This document shows positions 51,836-64,000 of a DNA stretch of 64,000 nucleotides, piece after piece. This DNA is from Phoronis australis (Eukaryota; Animalia; Phoronida): positions 303,157 to 367,156 of the forward strand of contig NMRA01000406.1 of NCBI GenBank assembly GCA_002633005.1, written 5' to 3'. The notes under the pieces were generated by a model. The model ran no database searches, was not told where the DNA came from, and worked only from the letters and a program-made list of their open reading frames with translations. A program made the position numbers and the translations under genes. Each line of letters starts with the position of its first letter. Within the stretch, counting starts at the first letter, position 1.

Positions 51836-54800
51836 AGGACAGCATGAATGCACTTGATCCCACCTTCTATAGAACAGTGGAGTGAAAGATGGTGGAAATT
51901 TGTGAAAGAACTATCAGTCTTTGTACAGAATAATACAGTTTATGCAATTTATAAAATAATTCTTTAGAAATTTAGCCTGAGCAATTTACTTTAATTGCTA
52001 TTGAAGTATATATTTGTTTACACCCGTTGTTGATTAAGTCATTGAATTTCACAACTCTGATTTTTATTGTAGGTTTAGATTAATTTGTTAAAATGTAGTT
52101 GTCTAACACTTGTTACAGTAATGCACTGATTCAATGTATTTTTAATAATTTTATTTAACCACCATTGTAAACTCACTAGATAGTATTATTTTCTTTTTAT
52201 TTTTAACTGCTGATAACTTTATTTTTTTACAACTGCTGCCTGAATATATATATATATTGATATTTCGAACACTATATAGTGAGGAGTTATGTCTTTACAA
52301 TGATTCTTGATAGTTATTCTCTAGAAGCATTTGTCTTGAATTGGATGATTTTAAGAATAAGATATCAAGTTCTCATAATTGAAATGGATCAAAAATTAAC
52401 TTTGATAAGGCATTTAGTTAAAGACATTAAACACTAGTTCATGAAAACTCCATCAAGTGGCATTCAGTTAGGCTATCTCTCTCTTTCCTGGTTCCCTGCT
52501 CTCTGCAGCAGAAGTGAGAATCTACCTCTGGTAATGTCTGAAAGAGCAAATTTATAAATTGTGGCTGCTCTATTTTCTTTCTGCTTAATTTCTAATGACT
52601 ATTCAGATTGTAATCACATTCACACTCGTACATTTTAGTACAAGTTTTTACTGCAAGGGGAATTCCCTCAGGCATATTGCCAACGATGGTTTCTATGATT
52701 ACCAAAAAAGGTTAGCCAAACTAGTTTGGTGTTTTCGAGACCATATGCCATTTCTAAGAGAGACCATTTTCGTCTGGATAGTGGACAAACAAGAGTCCAA
52801 TTGCAAAGGTCCTACTATGCCGAAGAAGGCCAAGTCGAAATATGCTCAGCAGAATTGTATGTGAACTTGTTACCAGAGGTAGATATTAGTTGGAGTTTCC
52901 TATCTGGCTGCCACATTGTTTGAGCTGCATAAATAGCCGGAGCCCAGTCCAAGAACATTATTCATTTATCCCATACAAATGTTGCTATACACAAAGAGGA
53001 ATTAAGTGTCTTAAACTAAACTGTGATGTGCTACGCAACTAATAAACACAAATTAAGGTACAGATTTCTTTCTTTGTGAATTTGAATTATTCAGAGTGAG
53101 TCAGTCCAAACCCAAGTGTTGTGTAACCCTGAGGATGGGCTGTCCAACTGATGAAATTGTTGTTATTGACCTTCCTGTACAAAACAATAAATTAAATGTA
53201 AAATATACCTGCATTATTGTTTTGATTCCTGCGTGGAAAAATTGTTCGCAAAATGCAAGCGACTATAAACCGTTTTTCTGAGCTGGGTTGATTATTTACT
53301 GACAGTAACTCCCAACAGTATTCTGACAAAATACTATCATGACGGGTTATGACTGGTCATTCTATTGACCCTGACGGTGCTTGTACTCAGCCATCACGAA
53401 GGGCCATTCTCACTACCCTGATGGTGAATATCACATTTACTCGGCAGTCACAACGAAGAATGTTCTTTTCGCTCAACAATCCTGTTGTTAAACACTGGGT
53501 TGTTTTGCTGTATTTTGTTGTGTACAGTAGGTAAATTGTTAGACAAGAAGCTACAATAACTATAACATGAAAAGCATAATGGTGTGAGAACGGCTGCAGG
53601 TTTTCATAAGTTTTGTTGTCAAAGTTACGATGTAAGATAAGCATACTCCTGGAAACACACATAGATTGTGATTTGATGTTACAATCAATGCTTAAATGGA
53701 TACCGCACCCAACAATGGTCTATTGACACATTAAAAACGACTTTCCCCACCTTGTTCTCTGAAATAAAATAATATGCTGTAACCTCCCAACAAACCCCAA
53801 AAGGTAATTGCAAGATTTCTTCTTACAATATGTACTAAATGGGCAAGCCATACCTACACTTTAGGCGAGTTACACAACTGTATGGAAAGACCACCCAACA
53901 AGAAACATAATATCCAATCTGTGGCATAGAGAGTACGAGTTATTAGGTTAAATCCTGTTTCTATCATTCAAGTGAGACGCCAATGACGCATTAGCAGGTG
54001 ACAACGAGGATTGGTTGAAATCACAAAAACGCCGTTTAGTATCGTTTTAACTGTAGTCAATGTTGCTGTGCTTGTGTAGAGTTCACAATTCATTGTATTT
54101 TCATTGGTTACTAAGTGTATCACTTCTCCAAAAACATATTTGGTTTTAAAGTCTAATTTCAGCAGATTTTTTTTTATTTTATATGTATTGGGTTAACCAG
54201 ATAGTCCTAGCAAAGCCTTTTAGTAAAATAAGAAAACACGAGTTCAATCGCAGAAATGTAATCCCATAAAATAAGTGAAGCTGCCTTTTAGTGCCATGTT
54301 GTGTCACCGCGAGATCCCAGCACAAACGACAAAAGGCCGACAACAGCTGTATTGAATAGGAGTCTGAACAGAATACCATTGCGTGTGGGTTGTATTTGCA
54401 GCTGTTTCAATTAAAAGATGATTTTAGCGGTGACGTAGACAAAAGCAAGCCAATACGCCTAACAGTTTGTTACATTTGGCAATTTATGGCACTAGTGGGC
54501 TCAGAGTGATACTCTGAATATACTGTAGGATCCAAATTTACAGGTGTTACCGTTCAAGATAGGCCTTAAAAACATTTAGATGGCTAATTGCGTAAGACAG
54601 GAAACCATTGTTACCAAATTATAAAATAGATTTTATTACATTTAATACTTCATTCATGAACATCATGATTACAGTAATTACTCAATCTATACTTATAGTA
54701 AGCAAGCAATCTACGAGTTCGATGTGAACATGGCCTTGCTATAGAGATGTACTGGTCTAATGATGATGAGAAAATGTAATGAAACATTTAAAGCAGACAA

Positions 54801-55093
54801 TACAGTGATAATCAGATATACCGTACCCACATTTTGAGAACCAGTTTGATGCTGGTCACTACATGGAAAAAACTGATTCTCAACATGCGGGCATCTTATA
54901 TCAGAACATTACCAACAACACAATTTGGGGACATATGGTCTTTAGTGCCGACATAGAGATAAAGTTTTAATGGTCCAACAGCATGATATCGATTCTTTCA
55001 AAAGCTCATTGGGACATTTGCAGAAGGGTTCAACTAACCAAGGCCAAGTCATAATCCTTGTATGGTCACTCTCCTGTCATGATCTGTGCATGG

Positions 55094-58000
55094 TCACCAC
55101 AGGAATGATGACCTTTCCCTCAGTATTCTCATACCCAGTCGCCGCCACTCTCCTGGCTTGATCCATAGTTCCTGTGTTGTATCCAAGCAGCTCAATACTG
55201 AGGCACCTTTCCAACTCACTAATGTGGGCTCTAAATCCTGCAGTAAAATACAAACACTGAAGAATATTGACAAATAAGTGTATAATGTATTGCAGAAAGG
55301 AAAATTACTGTAACTTATGTCAAACAGGAATACTGTTTGGTGGTGTCCATAGGCTGTTGCCCATTAACACACGGTGTTTAAACTGTCCTGAAAGGCATCA
55401 TCTGACATTACAATAATTTGAAGTGACCAACCAACTGGTGTCTAACTACGTGCAGCAGCCACAAATTCTGGGCAAAAGTGAGCCGTTTTCAGGATTAATC
55501 CTGAACTAGACCATCTCAATGCCAGACTACCTTAGGTCTTGTGAACACATCCATAGATTCAAGCTGGATTCTGTATTGACCAGGCATTTGTGTACAGATC
55601 TTGTACTGAAGCCAACCCTGAACACCGTGGAAGGTGAGACCTCCTCCAACCACCAGCAGTGTACTGTACAAGCGCTTCTTCAACTCATCATTGTCTGAAG
55701 ACAAAATATACAAGTCACACATTCTCTGAAGACAGAATACACTTCTAGGTATAACCCTGTGTGCATGTCTAGATATATCCCTGTATACATGTCCAGATAT
55801 ATTCCTGTATACATGTACCCCTGTATACACGTCTAGGTATACCCTTCTATACACTAATAGACAACAGGACAACATCCAGGCATCACTCAGGGGCTGGGCT
55901 CAATGAAAAGTGCTTAACATCAGCCATCAAGTGGGATTTGTGAAGACAGAATACAAATATGTATAGGCGTGGGAAGCAGAGGGGCAAGGTAAGCATGCAA
56001 TCATTACGGAGTGGAGATAAGTATCGCCTTCCCCCATAGCCTAAGGTCTTACAGTAGTCACTTAATCAAAGACTTTGACCATCAGATCTTGTTTTAAATT
56101 TAAATTAAAAAGGTTTAAAGATTTTTGGGGAAGTTTTGGATGTTGTGAAACACATTAATGAAATAGTCATGAAAGATTACTATGATAATTCTCCACCTCA
56201 TGACATTTCGCACACCAAAAGTATTTCGAAAAATGTTTTGTCCCTCACTTCTTTCGCACAAGGTTAGTTGGTGGGAATTTCTTGTCTCACCTAATTCACA
56301 ATCAGTTCTGCACTTTGGAAAATGACAACGCAAAGCCTTGGCATAATACTTGTAATACACACCATTGTATTAATAAGGTTTGATCATTGTATAATCACCA
56401 CTTAACTCATCCACATGGGATATCTTGTGCTACTGTTTACATGTGGTGCAGGCAGTGACCTGGCTGCGTGTCATGTCACTCAAGAGACGTATGCTCAAAA
56501 AAGTGTTTCACCAAGGATGGAATAAAGTATTTCTTGTTGGAAGAGGATAAAATATTACTGTTGATTGGATCACATCAGCAACCCGTAAGCTCATTTTGTT
56601 AAATTCACAAACACAAGTCAAGCAGTTGACGTTACTACTTATTTAATTCCACACTCTTGTGAAATACAAAGTCTGTGTATTCCGTTTATTTAGCACACCG
56701 CGATTATCAGGAAAAATAAATTCATTTTTCACAAAATAAATGGAGAATTACTAATCCACTCACCTCCACTTTGTGATATACTGTACAAGACGGCCTGGTC
56801 GAGGCCCAGCAGCGATCCATCTAGACTTGAGTCCTCTGTCTCCGCTGGCTGAGTTCGGTCCAAACTGACGTCCACAGCATCATTAGAGTCTTCATCGACA
56901 AGTATTTGTGATTGACTGTTTGTGTCGTCGACTATATCCTGGCTCTGATTGGCCGACTCGGCATTTTCCTTCTTTTTGGCAGCGTTTAATCTCGCTGACT
57001 AAAGGATAAAAGTATAGACATTAAAGAACACCTGATAGCATTTGATCATTTAAAGGTGAGCTACAAGGAAACAAATGGCAAAAGTTGAATGTGTACTTTG
57101 TCAATTTGATCTAATGCAATATTACTAGCACCATAAGATATGCCAATAAACGTATGAAGATACCTCAAAATAATGTCATTCAAAGTGGCACAATATGGTT
57201 TAATGCATGTTAGACACACCTTTTGAAGGTAGTAATAATTATAGACAACATGTCTTGCTGCATGAGATGTGACAATAAAAAACTGTTGAAAGAAAAAAAA
57301 TTACTACACGGGCCAGGTACAATACAGGATGAATTCTGGAATAAGTATACTGGTTCAGAAGATCTGTCAAAAGATGTTCAAACACAAGACACCTTGACAA
57401 TTTAGAATTGCCAACAGAAGACATTTTGCTTATCAGATCCATCCGGAAATTTCTTGTGTAAAGAACATGTGGCACTGTATAGTTAACAACTGGATTACAG
57501 TAAATACGCAATATTAACTGCAGAATAAAATTATAACTGGAAGCAAAAACATAACTTGAGATTAAAACCTGGTGAAATTCAAAGATAAATTGAAGACTTA
57601 TTAATGTACCTGTTCCTGTTTACTCTGTGTCTGGGCCAAGTAGCTGGAGTCCCAGGGGTCATCAGGGTCAAAGGGCGCCGACCTCTGCAGCATGGTTAGG
57701 TTGTCACCACCAAGACCCAACAGATCAGGATGGAAGACGGCCAGTGGAGCAAGCAGTCTCTCATCTCCAAACTGAACCGCATAGTTGACAATCTTTTTCT
57801 CGGGATGTTTGACTTGGACAACTTGTTGATCAACACCAAACAAATCCTAAAAGTACAAACATTTATGAAGTCTTTATAGATGTGTTATCTATTACTAAGT
57901 GTAAACTGGACTTAACTTATCTTTCTTCGATAATTCAAAAGAATGTCCATCTAATTTGACTACAAAATAGGCAATCAACAGCCAGCAAAGATATTTCAAT

Positions 58001-61000
58001 ACAACAAGGCAGCTTAGGGAATACTTTTATTTAACACATACAGTTAGTTTAAAATTCTTAAATTTCAAAAACTTGACATTTTTCGCAATTTGTTCCATTG
58101 TATGTAGTTTCATCTTTAATTTAAATTATAGCAATTGAGAAATAAATCTATTTTCCATGTGCTGTTATAAGCCTTTTCCCCCAAACACTTTTTATTTGCA
58201 ATGCCATGGCGACCAGTCAACAGATGATTGGCAGGTAAGCATCATATCTTGAACTGCGCCAAAACGTGAGATAGACCGCTTCGCTAGCTCGCTGGTGTGT
58301 TTATCATCAGTTTGTAGCACATACAGGAACTCAAGTTTGGTTTACGAATGCACTTGAAGCAGCTAAATATTAAGAAAAATAATAAATTTTAAAGTAAAAA
58401 ATAGCATGCTGATGACATACCGCCAAGTCTACAGCCAAGTCTTCACGAATGCCCAACTCAGAGCAGGATTCAGGCACAAAATCACACAAGAGCAACGCAG
58501 AGCGTTGAAATGCGCCCACAATTGCACCACATACGGTATCCTTCTAGGGTTGTTTATTGGTACCATAAAGTGGCCAGTAGAGGGCATATATGTAGTATGT
58601 TGTACTTTGCAAAATGGAAAGGCATGGTCATTGTCTCCTCAATAGGCAAGGGGCAAAATGTGAGTGATCTTCATAATACAAGCACATCCTATACATCAGT
58701 TGCTTAAAGCACCACAGAAACATAGAATTAAAAACAAATTTACCAACATACGAGATTAGCACAGCATTAGAATGCCAGAAACAAATTTCTACTTGGAACT
58801 TTTCNNNNNNNNNNNNNNNNNNNNNNNNNNNNNNNNNNNNNNNNNNNNNNNNNNNNNNNNNNNNNNNNNNNNNNNNNNNNNNNNNNNNNNNNNNNNNNNN
58901 NNNNNNNNNNNNNNNNNNNNNNNNNNNNNNNNNNNNNNNNNNNNNNNNNNNNNNNNNNNNNNNNNNNNNNNNNNNNNNNNNNNNNNNNNNNNNNNNNNNN
59001 NNNNNNNNNNNNNNNNNNNNNNNNNNNNNNNNNNNNNNNNNNNNNNNNNNNNNNNNNNNNNNNNNNNNNNNNNNNNNNNNNNNNNNNNNNNNNNNNNNNN
59101 NNNNNNNNNNNNNNNNNNNNNNNNNNNNNNNNNNNNNNNNNNNNNNNNNNNNNNNNNNNNNNNNNNNNNNNNNNNNNNNNNNNNNNNNNNNNNNNNNNNN
59201 NNNNNNNNNNNNNNNNNNNNNNNNNNNNNNNNNNNNNNNNNNNNNNNNNNNNNNNNNNNNNNNNNNNNNNNNNNNNNNNNNNNNNNNNNNNNNNNNNNNN
59301 NNNNNNNNNNNNNNNNNNNNNNNNNNNNNNNNNNNNNNNNNNNNNNNNNNNNNNNNNNNNNNNNNNNNNNNNNNNNNNNNNNNNNNNNNNNNNNNNNNNN
59401 NNNNNNNNNNNNNACTAAAAATGGCCACTAGGTGGCGCAAACTATGTCGAATCCATCTGAAAACGGCAGGATAGCGTCATCTCACTAATAGGTGCCTACA
59501 TACCATATTTCATGAAAATCCGTTCAGGACTTTTGAAGATACAAAGGTAAGCGTAAAAAACTAAAATTGCCACTAGGGGGCACACCGGTAGACGGATCCG
59601 TCCGAAAGTTCGCACATGCCGTCCCATTCATGAATGGACCATATGTGCCAAATTTCATGAACATATGTCAAAGGGTTTTGGAGATAGAGCAGCAGACGCC
59701 GGACACCGGACGAACGCCGCCCGTACGGACGGACGGATGGAGATGACGGCATAATGCGTCCACATATAAATATGTGGGCGCATAAAAATGAATCCGTCAA
59801 GTGTTGTTCTTTCACATTAATTCAAAATTTCCTTTTTTAGACCTTACATGAAAAAGTACTTAGGTCACCTGATCCATGTGGCAGTAGGAGTTGACAAGTT
59901 CTTGTAATAAGAACACATCCATCTGATTGGCTAGGTCACACTCCTTATATGGAAACGACCCTTTAACAAGCAGCCAGTGGAAGCAGCTGATGATGTCATT
60001 TCCTCCATAGTTCAAGCAAACACTGTTCAAAGAAAAGATAAAACAAAACTTGATAAATTACATCATTCCTATGTTGGTCTTTTGATCCATAGAAGAACAT
60101 AGCAACATATCATTCAGTAAAACAGTCTGCTGCATCAGTCTCGAGTTTTCTTAACCAGGAAACTTTAGTTTACATCAAAAATATTTCTTGTGAAAATGGT
60201 CCTCTCTCAAAGAAAATGACGGTCATGTAAAATCATTTGGGTGCTCAAAAGGTTCAACTAAGCTCAGTTATGACTAGTATCTGAATTAACAGCAAAACCA
60301 AGCAGTAAACCGAGAAAGGATAGACAGTATTTTACAAAGTGCAATTTCATGCAATTTCAAACCTATTAGTGTCTCCCACATACCGACTTTCTTTAATCGA
60401 GATTCCATCCTCTACACAAGATATGCTGGTCTTTTCAGCACCAATGTCAATAACACATGCACCCGATATTCCTGCTCCAAACGTAGCGCACACAGACTCC
60501 TGAAAGAAGACACATGGATGGGTAATTAAAAATCAGTTATAGAGATAAATGTTCACAAGATGAAGTCCTGTGAAGCTGGGTCTTGTTCAGCAATTGACTA
60601 CAGTGTCATACTACTTTATGACAAAAGGAAATCACTCACAAGATATTGAAAATATATCAAGTTACAAATGGCTTGAGCAAATGGCTTGTTGGAGAGAACA
60701 AAACAGCAACATGCAAATAATATAACAACAAACAGTTACTGCAAATAACCTGATGTTAAATGTTTCTGAAAAATATCATAACCTGTGGCCATATTCTCAG
60801 ATTTCCTTAAGTTAAGATTTTTCTGAATTTGTGACATTGTTCTTTACATCTTTTGACAATTTCCTTTTTAATATTAAGCCTTTACCAATCTTAAGAAAAA
60901 ATTTAAAATATCCTTGTGTCTCAAAATTTTCCTTATCTAGTTAAGATTTTCTTCACCTTTTCCCCTAACTGTAAGAAGGCTCGACATCTCCTTACATATT

Positions 61001-62029
61001 TCAGGAAAATCTTAAGTCACCTCGATTTTTCTCGTGAATTTTCAGTCAAAAAATAGGAATGTTTGTATCAACAGACACTGAAAAGGTTTGTATGTGTTGG
61101 TTAGTACTGAAAATGGCTCATCAGATATTGTTCAATGTTTTCTACAGAAACCATAAACCCTCCATCACATCAACAGAACAATCAGATGATGTCAGATATC
61201 AAAGCAAGTAAACACATGCCAGTCTAATAAGAAATGAAGAAATCAGAGGAAAGAAACATCAGCAGTCGCACTGTGAAACAAAATACAGTTCAATCCTTCG
61301 GGCGCATCAGGTTTGTCCCTCGGGATCGGCCCATGCCAAACTTACCTGAACAGCAATAGCGCCTCCAAACTTGAGTCTGTCTAGCAGCAATGTCATCAGA
61401 TGTTTCACGTGTTGATGAATCACCACATCAGGAATGAGAAGTATAGCTCTGTAATGCTGAACACAAAATAACTGTACTGTATCACTATGTCGGCAACGGA
61501 AAGTGCAACATACTGTGTAGTGCTTAAAACAAACTAACAATAGTAAACAAAAACCAGCGTTCCTTCCCCAAGTTCCAGCAAGCAACAACATTCCCTTCAT
61601 GGTACTATCTCGAGCAGGATGGAGCAGTCCTCATACATGACGATGATCCCTGAGTGATGTATAATATTGTTGGATCAAGTCAGGGAACACCAAACAAATG
61701 ATGCAGTGTACATAAAATTAAGTTGAAAAATCTTGAAATGTAAACACAGCTTAGTTAGGAGACATCCTGGTATCACAAAGAGTGTGGTACAACTGTGGTA
61801 GTAAACTTTCAAATAATTGCCATAACAACATACTTGAAGCAATTAGAGGACTTACTTTCAAATCTTTGATAGGAATATCCAGATGGGCTTGCAAGGCCAC
61901 GCACCAGATTGTCTCGAGATCCTGCAGAACAGCCATTAGAGTGCCCCCCGGTCCATCATGTAGGTTCAATTGTCCATGTTTCATGGGCCACTTAACTGTG
62001 TAACTCTCCATAGGATTGATGTACAGTGC
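55094..62029 (-). CDS. ACTR8: Actin-related protein 8 (INO80 complex subunit), 3' partial, 444 aa in window
   Basis: complement exons 62029-61856, 61456-61346, 60499-60384, 60022-59869, 57846-57610, 56998-56764, 55694-55531, 55237-55094 = 1335 nt, phases consistent. Motifs WPMKHGQLNLHDGPGGTL, YRAILLIPD, QESVCATFGAG...CVIDIG, LGLDQAVLYSI, LLVVGGG, WKGASVLSCLDTTQELWI...RILRERSSFLW* match Arp8. N-terminal exons are not identified and probably lie beyond 64000. Confidence 0.93.
55695..55855. repeat. Short tandem repeats abutting an ACTR8 acceptor
   Basis: CTGAAGACA.AATA repeated at 55695 and 55726 (third copy TGAAGACAGAATAC at 55941), followed by ~22-bp CCCTGTATACATGTC.AG.TAT units. Confidence 0.75.
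58740..59790 (+). mobile_element. Helentron-associated non-autonomous element (HINE/DINE-1/pearl-like) in an ACTR8 intron
   Basis: ~145-bp tandem core units (59414, 59560), (GGAC)n microsatellite (59701-59740), 3' hairpin ATGCGTCCACATAT-AA-ATATGTGGGCGCAT (59754-59783) followed by an A-run; possible subterminal IR GCATTAGAATGCC (58764) / GGCATAATGC (59748). The 5' boundary is uncertain because of the gap. Confidence 0.75.
58805..59413. other. Assembly gap (609 N)
   Basis: Run of N. Confidence 1.
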
Positions 62030-62154
62030 CTGGTAAATGATGGATACTCTAACTAGTACATACCATGAACCACAAACTTCTTTCATGATCACCAACCGGT
62101 CAATAATAATAATTAACATTAGTAGTAGTTGTCAGTTTCTCTTGCCAGAATTAA

Positions 62155-63733
62155 GCTACCCAAACAACATGGCTCTCGCATAAATGAAGATAGCTGCACA
62201 CTCATGAACACGCTTCACGCATTTGAAAACTCGGTTGACTGTGTGATTAACATAGTCCTGCACTCACAAAATATGGCTAATGCACCCAAGAAGCATGATG
62301 CCTAGACTGCAAACATGTCTCATGGACCCCAAATACAGCGTGTGGAAAAAATCTACACTTTTCAGCTTCCACAGGGCAACATAGAGGCAAATGCATTTGG
62401 TGATGTCAAAGGACTACCAACAGCTTCAAAGACAACTGCAAGAATCTAAGTCAAAATCAACTGCCAGAATCTAGGTCAAAATCACTGACGGAGATACTTT
62501 TGCTACGTCTGGTGCATCTGAACTATTGCATTCATTCTGCAGTTTTCTGGACACCTTCTTCAATTGATTGTACAATTCTCTCATCTAGTTTGAAAAGTTG
62601 AGCTCCACGTTTGGAAATAAATAAAAAGTTTCTTTTATTGCCTTCACTCAGTTTTTTTCTCAGAAGCCTGGGCAACTTACTTAGGGCTGTTCCAGCAAAA
62701 TCTGTATGGGAGGGGGGGGAGGCACTTTTATTTCGTACCCACCGCCCATATTTTTCATTTATTTCTCCAACCCATGACCTATAATTTTTTAATTATTTTT
62801 AATAGGTTAAAATATAAAATCCAACACTTTCAAACAAACTGCCTCCAAGAGGACCTGTTAAGAACTTGATTGACAGACAAGAACTAGTTGTCTTGTCCAA
62901 TATTGTCAAAAACTAAAGTAGCCTGTGAGCAATACTTTTGGCAGCCACCAGGTGTCTCTGTTCACCATGTGTCTATAATTTCAATGAACATTTTTTCAAT
63001 TACAAGGATCTATGAATCTCAAACTGTCTCCACGATATCTTTTATACTTCTATGTTAAGTGAATATTGGAACTTGTTTATCTTACTTTTCATAATTTTTA
63101 TTTAAAAATCATCAATTTTCTTATATGTGTTAACACCAGTTTAGTGTTGCATAACTTTTCAATTCAATAGGACTGCAGACTAACAGCTGGCTCAAATCAA
63201 GTTGCCCATGACTTGATTAATGGCTAAGTGAACATATTGCACTCTGTTCACTGGCAATATGGGCTTTTTTGTATTGGCTTGTTTTGAGTTTTGAGGGCTG
63301 AAGTAATCAACCTGTCAACATTAACAGGACAAAAAATACCACCCAGTTTTAATGCATCACTTCTTACAGGAACGACCACCCATAATTTGTGTTTTTTTCT
63401 GAAGACCACCACCCATGAATTTTTATTTCTACTGCCGTCCCCCCCTCCCACACGGATTTTACAGGAACAGCCCTTACTGAGGCTATAAACAATCTGCTAA
63501 TGGAGGTGTATTCCTAAACGTGTTTCCAATAGTGTAAATACAAACAAATGGCGTGTGTATGACAATGAGCAAGCTGTACATAATATGAGCCCACCAGACA
63601 TGTTCGTGGTCTAGAAGCTGCGCTTTTTGGGTGCACAAGCCATGTTTTGTGAGTGCGGAGCTGTGTTTAAGAGTCCGTGAACTAAGCTTATGTCTGTGAA
63701 ACATCTTCATGAATGCTGGGTTGTTTGGGTAGC
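62155..63733. mobile_element. Old inverted-repeat element (~150-170 bp diverged arms) hosting a nested MITE
   Basis: GCTACCCAAACAAC...GCACTCACAAAATATGGCT..TGCACCCAA...CTAGAC...AACATGTCT (62155-62320) is the inverse of 63596-63733. Confidence 0.7.
62684..63473. mobile_element. PIF/Harbinger-type MITE, 790 bp
   Basis: TIRs GGGCTGTTCCAGCAAAATCTGTATGGGAGGGGGG / CCCCCCTCCCACACGGATTTTACAGGAACAGCCC, flanked by a TTA...TTA TSD. Confidence 0.8.
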
Positions 63734-64000
63734 CTGAGAATAGAAAAAAACAAGATCAATGTTATTTCAAATCACAATTCCAACTAGTAATCTCAACCAA
63801 TTCATGTACATAATATGTGCAGCTGCACAGCATGGATGGCATGAACCAATATTGGAGAACAAAGCGCATAAAAAACTACAACATAATCTTTAATTAGTTC
63901 AAATGTGTCACTGAACATTAATGTAGTCTTCTGATGACGTTGTGGCTCAAAATGACAATAACTGATAACATTATCTAAATCAAAAAATGAAAATGTTATT

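Noticed and set aside
52595-52923. Coding-looking ORFs between CIMIP2 and ACTR8
   Set aside because: No recognisable domain or partner exons; BLASTX would be needed and could reveal a TE or pseudogene fragment.
58628-59440. Long ORFs of 270 and 219 aa
   Set aside because: Artefacts of translating through the N gap.
60786-61040. Possible Harbinger-like MITE with internal CTTAAG subrepeats
   Set aside because: Termini too degenerate to define TIRs or a TSD by eye.
63483-63733. ORF with a good minus-strand acceptor as a possible further ACTR8 exon
   Set aside because: No Arp8-like motifs, and the sequence is the inverted arm of the repeat at 62155-62320.

Overview
Eukaryotic, intron-rich, AT-rich animal DNA. 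A marine lophotrochozoan such as a mollusc is my inference from the gene set and repeat types; it is not proven. Four spliced genes were reconstructed by hand with GT-AG boundaries and consistent phases: (1) a TspanC8-type tetraspanin (+, 10786-16565, 7 coding exons, 299 aa); (2) a Nanchung/OCR-type TRPV channel (-, 36255-18171, 15 coding exons, 773 aa); (3) a FAM166/CIMIP2 ciliary microtubule inner protein (+, 39732-51835, 6 coding exons, 301 aa); (4) the 3' part of ACTR8/Arp8 (-, 62029-55094, 8 exons; 5' exons not found in the window). The two ciliary genes are head-to-head and the outer pairs are tail-to-tail. Non-coding DNA holds many MITE/foldback elements, a Helentron-like (HINE) element spanning an N gap, and micro- and minisatellites. 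The most unusual pattern is recurring degenerate tandem copies of exon ends and splice sites lying just inside adjacent introns in three of the four genes. Most ORFs in the supplied track are spurious.
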